Shown here piece by piece: positions 53,879 through 64,000 of a stretch of 64,000 nt of DNA. Position 1 is the first letter of the stretch. Each line of letters opens with the position of its first letter. The DNA lies in NCBI RefSeq assembly GCF_009914755.1, contig NC_060926.1, one strand, 5' to 3'. Source of the DNA: the human T2T-CHM13v2.0 reference genome, Homo sapiens. Made by a program: the position numbers and the translations under genes. The notes under the pieces were generated by a model, which did not search any database, had not been told where the DNA came from, and worked only from the letters and a program-made list of their open reading frames with translations.

Positions 53879-55560
53879 TCATGCAGCTTCATATCTCCTT
53901 TTTACTCAAGCTGGGGCCTATGTTTGGTATTGAACAAAATGGAATGCTGCAATTTTCTCTCTACTGATTTTGTTACTACAGAAAGCTTAATGTAAAGGTG
54001 GCTGATACTGCTGTTTCCTTAGACACTGACACCAAATACAATAAAGAAGTCTGTCTCTCAAGAGGAAAACATGGTGTGTTTACAGGAGCAACTAACAGTT
54101 GGTTTGTAGGCATCCTAAATGGTGGATGGCAAGCTTGGGTTTCCCAAAGGTTTCTAGTCTTTATACGTCTTCTAGTAGGTGCCCAGGTTAGTATGGCCTG
54201 TGTTACCAGAGTAACAATGAAAATGGCTACGTCTTTAAATCAGGCCACTTTACAGTGAACTATGGTCCTTAATTGCTATCACATTTCAAACAAGAACTAT
54301 GACCAATTAAACTTTACTATTGTTGAACTGCCTATGTTGCCTGAACTTTGACTGGTTTAAGTTGGTTTCATTTATTTCATAAGAACTCTTGTTAAGGGGT
54401 GCACCTTTGTATTTTGATATTATTCTCTTGATAGTCATAATAATAGTTCCCTGGTGTGCTGCATCCTCTCAAGTCATAAATGTTTTGTATGCAGCCATAC
54501 ATTGAGAATTGAATGGTCTCACTTCAACTAGGTCAGCAAGAACATAAAGAATCATTTACCTAGTGTGAAGTTGTGACTTGTGAACTTCATAGTGACACCA
54601 ATAAAGACTTGTGAACTCCATACTGAGACTAAAAGGACTTGTGAATTCCATACTGAGCCAATTTACAATAGTGGGAGAGTGGCATCAATGCCTAAACTTT
54701 TGATCAATCTCTCTAAATTGAGAGTCTGACAAAGAGAGGGGAGTTGATAAATGAAACTCAAATCCGGCCTGAGGAAGCCTTCATATTGCCATGCTTGAGT
54801 TCTTAAGGGTGAACCGTAATGTAACTAGTAGGCAGGCAGACTGAAAACCTAACTTAGGAGGATGCTTCTTTAGCAATAGCTGAGTCTCAGCCAATCCCAT
54901 TGGCCATACTTCAACCACTCACAGGCAGCCGACTGTTGGAATCATGCCCAGATAAGGCAAACACCAAGCTGTAACCAATCTGGCTGTTTCTGTACCTCAC
55001 TTCCATTTTCTGTATGTCACTTTCCTTTTTCTGTCCACAAATTTGCTTTGACAACACAGCATCCCTGGTGTCTGTCTGTATCTGCTGTAATTCTGAGGGC
55101 TGCCCAACTTGCAAAATATTTATTTTTCTTGCTCAATTACTCTGTGAAATTTAATTTGTCTAATGGATTTCTTTTAACAGAACTTATAATTAAAATGGAA
55201 AGCGGGTGTAAATATTTATAAAACTTGCAGCCTGGCCATGTGGTAGACAAGGAGGAATCCAAGCAGCCTGCTGAGCAACTACTTGCTGGAGACATTAGCA
55301 TGTCTAAAAGGGAGCCAGGTGCTAATATTCAAGACAGTGGGAAAAGGCCTCAGAGGCATTTCAGAAGGCCCCTCCTATCACAGGCCCACAGGCCTAGGAG
55401 GACTGAATGGTTTCAGAGACCAGGCCCAGGACACCATTGCCCTATGTCACCTCAGGATGCTACTTCCCACATCCCAGCTTCTCCAGCTCCAGCCTTGGCT
55501 CAAAGGGCCCCAGGTGAAGCGCAGACCACTGCTTTGGAGGGTACAAGCCCTAAGCCTTAG

Positions 55561-55889
<329 letters not shown>

Positions 55890-57169
55890 TAGGTCTGCAG
55901 GCTTGCAGAATGCAAGAGTGAAGGAGGCTTGGGAGCTTCCACCTAAATTTCTGAAGATGTATCAAAAAGCCTGGGTGCCCAGGCAGAAGCCTGCACAGGG
56001 CGGAGACCCCACAGAGAACCTCTACTAGGGCAGAGCCATGGGAAAACATAGGGTTGGAACCCCCATACAGGGTCCTCACTGGGACATTGCCTAGTGGAGC
56101 TGTGGGAATGGGGCCAATGCCTTCCAGACACCAGAAAGGTAGAGTCGCCAGCAGCTTGCAACCTCAGCATGGAAGACCCACAGGCTCAATCCCAACCTGT
56201 GAGAGCAGCCATGTGGGCTGCACCCAGCAAAGCCATAGAGACAGGGCTGCTCAAGGCCTTGAAAGCCCACTCCTCTCACCAGTATGGAGTTAAGGAAGAT
56301 GATTTTGGAAGTTTCAGATTTAGTGTTTGCCCTGCTGGGTTTCAGACATGTGTGGGGCCTGTTGCCTCTTTCTTTTGGCCAATTTCTCGCTTTTGGAATG
56401 GGAATGCCTACCCAATACCTGTAACACAGTTGTATCTTGGAAGTATGTAACTTGTTTTTGATATAACAGCCTCATGGGTGGAAGGCATTTGCCTTGAGGC
56501 TCAGATGAAACTATGGATTCTGGACTTTTGAGTTGATGCTGGAACAAGCTGAGACATTGGGAAACTATCAGGAAGGGATGGTTGCATTTTGCAATGTGAG
56601 ATGACATGAGATTTTGGGGTAAGAGGCAGACTGATATAGTTTAGATGTTTGTTCTCTCCAAATCACATGTTGAAATATGACCCCCAATGTTAGAGGTAGG
56701 GCCTAGTGGGAGGTGTTTCGCTCATAGGGGTGGATTCCTCATGAATGGGTTGGTGCTCTGTCCATGGTAATGAATGAGTTCTGGCTCTGTTAGTTCACAT
56801 GTAAGCTGGTTGTTTGAAAGCACCTAGCATCTTTCTTGTGTGCTGTCTCGCCGTGTGACACACCTGCTCCCCCTTCAGCTTCCACCATAAGTGAAAGATT
56901 CCTGAGGCCCTCACCAGAAGCAGATGCCTGCACTGTGCTTTTTGTACAGCCTGCAAAACCATGAACCAAATACACCTCTTTTCCTTATAAATTACCCAGT
57001 CTCAGGTATTCTGTTATGATCCCCTGGAAGAGTTATACTACTTCCAGGTCTAGCCCATGGTAAATCCCACACTCCCCTCTGAGGCCACCTTCTTCCCTCT
57101 GCAGAGACCCTGGAGTTAGAGTGGATTGGTTGTGTCTCTGGCCCCAATTCTTCTCCCGAGGCTGCATTC

Positions 57170-57543
57170 CACCCTTTTGCTATGTGACTTTGCAGCCCTT
57201 CATGATCATTACAGAGGCAGGTTCCTCTCTCCTTGAATTTGGGGAAGATGCGACGCATGCAGGAGTTTGAAAACACGTTTGTTTGCTTCTGCTTTTGTTT
57301 TTGCTCCTCTGCAATTTCCTTGAAACCATGCCTGAGCTAGCCTGAGGGAAAATGAAAAAGCACCATTGAGCTAATCTTTCAGCCAATCCCACTGCATTTG
57401 CACAATGCAGTCTGAGACCAGAGGAACTGCCCAGCCAAGCTCAGGCAAAATTGCTGACTTCAGACTCATGAGCTAAATAAATATTGATTTCATTTTATGA
57501 TTGTTCTTATGCAACATTATCCTGGCACTAGAAAAATGAAACA
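57170..57543 (+). mobile_element. Old MLT1-type LTR fragment
   Basis: TGTGACTTTGCAG...GAACTGCCCAGCC...ATGAGCTAAATAAA...TGAAACA. Confidence 0.55.
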
Positions 57544-57634
57544 GATGGGAATCAAAAAGACTGAATGAAGCAGAAACCCAGAAGCTACCCCACAGGCAAT
57601 CGCATGGGACTCAGATGTTAATGGACAATAAGCT

Positions 57635-57640
57635 TTTATT
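57635..57640 (-). terminator. NAT8B: Polyadenylation signal AATAAA of NAT8B
   Basis: TTTATT on plus strand, ~90 nt past the stop codon. Confidence 0.8.
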
Positions 57641-57730
57641 GCACAGAAAGGTCATTGCAGTCAGAGGTTGGGGATTGCTTGCTGCTACAGCCGAATGGAT
57701 TCTATTCTGACCAATACAGAAGGAAAGAAA

Positions 57731-58414
57731 TCATAGACGCCCTGCCTGAGCAGAAGGGAGGTGATAGATGAAATGAACTGTATGAAGATCCACCAGCCTG
57801 GCCCACACGTGGAAGAAGGACTGGCCCGTCTTCTTGAAGCCCAAGCTCTGGTAGAGGCCCATGGCAGAGAGCTGGATGTTGCTGGTGTCCAGGACAACTT
57901 CACTGTAGCCCTGGTCCCGGGCAAACTGGAGGACAGTCCTGACCAGGGCTTTTGCTATCCCCTGACCACGGTGCTCATTGTCCACAGAGAGATGAAACAG
58001 CTGCAACCGCTTCTCCCTCAAGGTGGGATCATCAACGGGCAGAGCTCCTACTGTGCCCACCACCTTCTCTTCAGATTCAGCCACCCAGAAGCAGGAGCCA
58101 CACTCACTCAGGTAGGATTTGGTGATGTCAGACATGTCTGTGCGCAATGCTATGTCTACATACCGCGTCCAGGGTTTTTTGGCAAGGAACCACAGGGCAG
58201 GAAGGAGGCTGAGGCTGAACACGAGGGCCAGAATCCAGGAGCCAGAGACCAGGAGTAGGGCAAGGGCCCCCCCAAGTAAGAGTATGAGGGTTCGAGGCAG
58301 CTTCAGTAATCGCCGGAAGGTGGCTGGGGCGTGTTCGGCCATCCCCCCGGAGAGCAAGCCCACGACCTACTTGCGGTCGCTCTCCTGGTATTTGCGGATG
58401 TGATAAGGAGCCAT
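57731..58414 (-). pseudogene. NAT8B: NAT8B (CML2/ATase1), membrane-anchored GNAT N-acetyltransferase; 227 codons with TAG at codon 16
   Basis: MAPYHIRKYQESDRK*VVGLLSGGMAEH...; hydrophobic segment LILLLGGALALLLVSGSWILALVFSLSLL; acetyl-CoA motif A VDNEHRGQGIAKAL; ends LPSAQAGRL; TAG at 58369-58367. Confidence 0.96.
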
Positions 58415-58489
58415 GGACAGACTTCTGTGTCTGAAGTCACTGAGTCCAGGAAACAGAGCTAGGCCTCCCTGCACGCCTTTACGCCAGGC

Positions 58490-59102
58490 CTGGGGAAGAG
58501 AGAGGAAACCACGTGAGTGCCTGCATGGCTCCCAGCCTTGCAGGAACAGGGAGACCTGCTTAAGGGTGTGTCTTTCCGCGTTTGCCCATGAGGAAGCAGG
58601 CCTCTGCCACTGGGAGAAGGTAGCATGAGAAAGACCTGCATTGGAATCTGGCTCCATGCCTTTCTAGCTGTGTGACCTTGGGCATGTCACTTAACCTCTC
58701 TGAGCCTCCACTTCTTCATCTATAGAACAGGGGAGAAGAAAACCTGCCTTCTAGAGTTGTTTCGAAGATTGAATAAAATACCTTCTATAAAGCCCTGATA
58801 GATGAACTACCCACCACTCTTCCCTCTGTTTCCTTTTTCTGGCTCTCTCAGCTTCTTGGTGCATTGAGAGAGTACCTACCTCAGGCAGGCCACATGCCCA
58901 ACCCTTTGGTGCTTCTCCAGGGACCATACATCGCAGAAATCCTGTGTCCAAGCACAAGTTTCAGGAAAGGCTCCCTCCAGCTTTATTGTAAGTTTTTAGG
59001 TTGCTGAGGTGGCATAAGTGCCAAGCATAAAAAACAGCCCAGCCTCCAGATCCCAAGGAAGGTGCATGCTCAGAGCACTGTCCTTCCACCCAGTCCCCTC
59101 AC
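58490..59102 (-). other. NAT8B: Predicted 5'UTR intron of NAT8B (contains a MIR at ~58640-58800)
   Basis: Donor GACAG|GTGAGG at 59103/59102; branch-like CACTCAC, pyrimidine tract and CCCCAG|G acceptor at 58490/58489. Confidence 0.7.
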
Positions 59103-59285
59103 CTGTCACCACAAGAGCCTTGAGTGTCCAGGGAGCTTCAGCTGTCAGCCGCTCACTGGCATCCAGGAGATACCGTCTGGGGCTTGCTCACCCCTGGAAA
59201 GCAGGCTGCCTGCCTCATTGCTTGGCTCCTGAATGTTTGGTAATCATCAACCCTAGGGTCAAAGAGCTGGGCTGTAACACAGCAG
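59103..59285 (-). other. NAT8B: Predicted non-coding exon 1 of NAT8B (5' end uncertain)
   Basis: Lies between a TATA-like box and a consensus donor; consistent with my recollection of the two-exon NAT8 structure. Confidence 0.55.
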
Positions 59286-59312
59286 GGAGCCCAGTGTGCA
59301 TTCCCCTTTATA
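59239..59312 (-). promoter_or_regulatory. Candidate NAT8B core promoter: TATAAA (59312-59307), HNF4/DR1-like GGGTCAAAGAGCT (59256-59268), HNF1-like GGTAATCATCAAC (59239-59251)
   Basis: Motif resemblance only; fits the known kidney/liver expression of the NAT8 family. Confidence 0.45.
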
Positions 59313-59715
59313 GTCAAAGGGAATGGCCTGGAGGGGGAAACTCAGGGTCTGGAACCGCCTGGGTTCCTTGCCCTTCTGGAAGGCCTGCCACCTCTCTTGC
59401 CTGTTCAGGCCCTGGGCATCTTTCTGCCACCTGGCACACTTGATACTCTCTGAGATCCACCTTGGTCCCTGTACACATATACCACGAGCCTGAGAACTGT
59501 GCCATTCACCCTGCACTCAGTCACCATTGGCCAGAAGCCGAGTCCCCACACTTGGCAACAAGGCCCTTCCCAGCTAGGCTTCTCCATGCTGAGGTTTCCC
59601 TGGTCCACAAAGCATCGATTGTTGGCAGTTCCTTGCACTCACCTCACCAACCCCCACCTCCACCCATTCATTGATTCAGTCAACAGGTGTGTGCGATGCA
59701 CTTCCCATGTCTGGG

Positions 59716-60579
59716 GGTCATTTCAGCCATGAGCAAGGTTGACATTCGGCTGACAGGCATGGCTGTGTGTGGCTTGTGTGTGTTCTGGCTGTTGGTCAGA
59801 GGCTGTGCCACACCCGTTGTTAAATATTTTGCACTGCAGATGTTGGAGAGGCCCAAATTCAAGCTCTTGTACCCGACGTGGAGCTGATCCCAAACACTGA
59901 CACATGGGTGCTTGGAGATAGAGAAAGTTGTATTCGATTTGGCCAAAGCAAGAAGGCAGGAGAGGAAGATCTCTCAACTTCAGTTCAACAAAGAAGCAGC
60001 AGCAGAATGTTTTTATGCAGCTAGAGAGTGAGGAAGGGGGAGTTCAGGGGGATTGAGAGGAAAAGTCTGTGTTTCCTCAGTCTGAGATAACACCTTGTGC
60101 AACCAGGCTTCTCAGTGTCAGCAGCTGGTCACAGTGTCCTTCAAGGCATTCATTCCTTCTGCAAACTTTTCCTGACCCTGAAGGAATGTCTTCCTGCTGA
60201 ACAAAGAAACAGTGCATGAGCAGTTTATCATTATGTTGTGGGAACAAGGAATATTGGACCAAAAGCAAGTGGTTAACATGTGCAAGCCAGCAACGGTCTG
60301 ATCAGAATGTTCATTATTTCAGTCACTAAAACATGGTATGGTGCTGAAATCTCAAGGGGCCCAATTACAAGGATGCAACATATACAAGATAGGCAAAAGC
60401 AAAACCTAACAGAAAAAGCCCTTTTCCACACCAACTTACATGCTATTGAAGGGAAACTTCCCTAAAAGATTAGCCAACCCATTGTTGATCAGCCACGCTG
60501 GGCCCGTCATCTAGGTTAGGTAGTTTGGACTCTATTCCAAGAGCAAGGGGAGGACATTGATATGCACAGAGGGGAGAAG

Positions 60580-60640
<61 letters not shown>

Positions 60641-61919
60641 CGCTTCACTCTGGCTGCAGGTGGACAATGGATCTGAGGAGGTGGGAATGGAAGCAGCTAC
60701 CCCTTAAGGCTCGTGCCGCATCCAGGCAACAGCAGGGCCCCCAGTGCAGGGATGCAGGTGCTCACTGTACAAGAGCAGCTGGCCCAGAGGGGCTGGTAGG
60801 AGCTAAAATCGGGCCTCCCGTTGCCAAGCCATGAGCCATGGCACGAAACTGAGACTGGCCAAAGGAAAAGGCAACCTTTTCTTATTTGCTCGAAGGCATT
60901 GCTTGCCTGCTAAACTCTGCATCCAGTGGACTGCATGGCTTGAGGCTGTGCCTAGCTCTGTGTTCACAAAGAAGCCGCCTGGGCTAGCAGAGGCCCATGA
61001 GACAGCAGTGGCTTCAACAGAGGGAGGAAGTCAAGAATGTGAGACATGAGCCACATGGAGGTGCACTTGGGGCAGAAATGGCAGGAGTTGGAATGATTCA
61101 CACAGGGAGGAGGATGAGGAAGGGCTCAGAGATGACAGCCAGGCTTCTGGTAGGGGCATTCAGGAAAACACTGGAGAGAGCCCAGATCTGGAAAAGTCAA
61201 GGCTTCCCCTAAAGGTGCTGCCCTGCAGCCTTCCTCAGCAGAAACCAGAGGCTGGGAGTCAGCAGCAGGAACCCAGGGCCAGCCAGTGGAGGCTGCTGAG
61301 ATTCCAGATCTTTGGTACCCAACACCACCTCCAAGGAAAAGTCTAAGGAGCATCAAGTCTGGGCAGGAAGTCCATGGCTTATCTTTAGAGTGTTCTCAGA
61401 ACAGTTCAGTGTCAAGCAGGAGTTGGCCTAGGAATTACAAGAGGTGAGCAGCTGCTTCAAAGCACCACTGAGTACTTCTAGTGTGAGTCTGACCAATATT
61501 CAGAGTCAGAAACCTGCCGGTCACTTGGAGGGGGAGAGGTTTGTGCTCCGTCCCTGTGTGCTGTCTCTTCCTCCATGCTCACCCGTGGCTGTGGCTTCCT
61601 CAAAACACAGCGACCTCACTTGACATTCAGGCGTCTCTTGCTCCCAGGATCTACTGTGACTTCTGCATTTTTGTAGCTTTCCTGATAAAAGCCTGGGCTT
61701 TCCTTGTCAGACCTGAAAGATTCATTTATTCATTCAACAAACAGTTCCCAAGGACCTGAGGTGTGCCGGGCCTGGACTTGGCATGAAGGCACCAGATGTT
61801 GGAAGCGAGGCTGCCGCCCAGGAGGACACACCTGATGGGGCTCTGGGAACAGGATGATGGTGGAGACATCACATCCAGAATAACTTTGTTAGGAGGGTTG
61901 AACTTGACAGTTAGGACTT
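59716..61919. repeat. Segmental duplication copy B (NAT8B upstream region)
   Basis: Aligns with 1-2196. Confidence 0.97.
60582..60643. repeat. (GT)25 G (CG)5 C alternating purine-pyrimidine tract
   Basis: Visible. Confidence 0.97.
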
Positions 61920-62571
61920 TTATGTTGCACTTGTTGAAAAGCCACCTAAAATTGTCATAAGTAAGAGAGGTGATCTAATGGCCCATGAAACTGCCAACTC
62001 CAGGAAGACAGACAGGGTGACCTGAAAGTAGGTTTGACCTGTTGGTTTTTCTGCCATTCTGTGGGTGGCATCAGCTTCCTGCCAAGACTGGCACTGCATA
62101 GGATGTCGGGTGTTTGCCAGCCCAGTTGAAGCTGTCTGCTTCCTTGCTCACCAACAGCAGAAAGGTGGGGGCTATTCCCCACATTCCAGGTGACAGAGAA
62201 GGTTTACATGGGGACTCAGTCACACTTTCTGGGGACTGTACATTTCATAGCAGAATCCAGGTTATATTAAAGGAGTCCTGGCCGAAGGATGCCAGCACCC
62301 CATAGAGATGGAGAGCCCCAGGGAGCTCAAGGGCTGAGGGGCTGAGGGGCTGAGTGACAGTGAGCACTGCCCACAGAGGGGGTGCCCTGCAGTCAGGAGG
62401 GGTGGGAAACGGGTGCAGATCGGCAGCCAACAGAGGCCCACCCACATGAGTACAGGTGGAGTTGCTGGTGCGATGAAGAGTGTGCTGGTTGGGAGTGGAG
62501 GGCTGGGGGCCGGTAGCCGGTTTGGGAAACCCAAGCTGAGCGAAAGGTGTGCCAAGGCCTGTGGTGGTGCC

Positions 62572-63131
62572 TGTTAACAGAAAAATCAAACTGTTAGATG
62601 ATCTGAAAGAGGTATCTTCTGAGCCAATATGAGTGACCACGGTCTGGGGATCTCAAGAGGTCCTGAAAACGTGTGCTGGGGCCGTCGTTTTCTACATTTG
62701 AGGGGACAGGAATTGGAGTAACATCATAAATTAATCCATGGAAGGTGTACATTGACTGGGCCTAACAAGGTGGGATATTGTGAAGCAGCAGGGGGCATTA
62801 TAGATCACAGGTGGATTCAAAGATTTTCCGATTGGCAATTGGTTGAAAGAGTTCAGCTTTGTCTAAAGACCGTGAAGTTGGTACAAAAGAATGCTTCAGT
62901 TCAGAGAGAGGGGTCTGCCTCTGCCACGTGATGCTGTCCCAGAGTCAGGTAGGAAAGTCAGCCACAGTATCCTGGGTCAATTTAAACCCCACTGAAGGAG
63001 ACTCTGTGGTTTCTAGGGTGTGTGTTAATTCTTGCCTTGCAAGGCCTTAAGTCTTGTTCATAATCTGTTACTGATTGTCACAGAGTCCATTCTGAATAAT
63101 CTAATGATGCCTATTTTAACATTCATGCCAG
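62572..63131 (-). mobile_element. ERV1 LTR fragment (MER50/MER4-group-like)
   Basis: TTCTGAGCCAATATGAGTGACCA...TCTCAAGAGGTCCTGA...AGATTTTCCGATTGGCAATTGGTTGAAAGAG. Confidence 0.65.
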
Positions 63132-63333
63132 TCAAGTGATTCTCCTGCCTCACCCTCCCAAGTAGCTGGGACTACAGGTACACGCCGCCATGCCCGGCTA
63201 ATTTTTGTATTTTTAGTAGATACAGGGTTTCACCATGTTTGTTAGGCTGGTCTCGAACTCCTGACCTCGTGATCTGCCTGCCTCGGCCTCCTAAAGTGCT
63301 GGGATTACAGGCAGGAGTCAGCACGCCAGGCCC
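63132..63333 (-). mobile_element. Alu lacking its 3' ~90 nt, fused to the LTR fragment
   Basis: Begins abruptly at TCAAGTGATTCTCCTGCC with no tail. Confidence 0.85.
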
Positions 63334-64000
63334 AGAGTTTTCTAAATGAGACTTGGTGTAGCCAGTGAGCTTCTGTTGCCTGCTGTGACATGGGTGCTAT
63401 TGTTCCCATTAAAAACTCAGACCTCTGCCTCGGGAGACAGGGCTCAGCTGCAGCCTACTCAACTAAAACATGAAGCGCTGCTTCGTGGGCACCACAGCGG
63501 CTCCTTAAACTTGCAATGGTGTGCAAATTTGTGGGCTCACTTTCTACATCCGATCTTCAAAGGTGTCTGCGATCCCAGAAGGTTGGGAACTATTAAATTT
63601 GATCATTTCTGAAATGTCTTCCAGTTTAAAAGTCTTCAGTTCCAGTTCATTTTCAATTCCTGAATAAAGGGATGAGTCTTGGAGCTTCTGGAAGCTGGCC
63701 TGGAACTGAGCACTTACTGCAGACAGTGCCTGAAGTGCAAACCCAAAGGTGCGTAGATCTGGGCTGCATGTGAAAGCTTTCATATTCAGGTCTTACTTTG
63801 CGACAGTGAGGGGTGACCAGGGAAGCCTATATGAGGGGCGGGGGCAAACCAAGGCAGCCTGGGAGCTGCCTTAACCACCTCTCACCTCACTTCCTCAGAG
63901 ATAAGGTTTTCTTGAAGGGAACGTGCAGATTTATACAAAATACTAACAAGCTGAGATTTTAATTTTTTAAGCAATAAGGAAAAACAGAACTTTTCACTCC

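Noticed and set aside
54575-54660. CRISPR-like array
   Set aside because: Three contiguous tandem units without unique spacers, inside an ERV in a eukaryotic genome.
57761-58403. Antisense ORFs over NAT8B (165 and 94 aa)
   Set aside because: Shadow frames of a GC-rich CDS with no motif or promoter support.
58367-58657. 96-aa N-terminally extended NAT8B ORF
   Set aside because: The upstream part lies in the predicted intron/MIR, and it ends at the same codon-16 stop.

Overview
Primate genomic DNA that I recognise from its peptides as the human 2p13 interval between NAT8 and NAT8B. It looks like the second unit of an old tandem duplication. Bases 1-2196 are a copy of the NAT8B upstream region (59716-61919), presumably the upstream region of NAT8 just left of the window. 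Next come ~25 kb of L1/Alu-rich DNA with two related L1PA-type elements, the unprocessed pseudogene ALMS1P1 (homologues of ALMS1 exons 17-21, 28135-32009, +), ERV1, THE1 and MSTB retroviral elements (including a complete gag-pro-pol-env MER57-like provirus nested in an MSTB provirus), and a tailless 5S rRNA retrocopy. NAT8B (57731-58414, -) is a 227-codon GNAT acetyltransferase frame broken only by TAG at codon 16. I see no convincing wholly new biological system. The best leads are how NAT8B could be translated, an uninterrupted spliced ALMS-motif ORF inside ALMS1P1, and the base-level history of the locus (duplication junction, gene-conversion tract, Alu/L1 deletion junction, sibling L1s). 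Repeat subfamily names, ALMS1 exon numbers and consensus comparisons come from memory and need RepeatMasker/BLAT confirmation.
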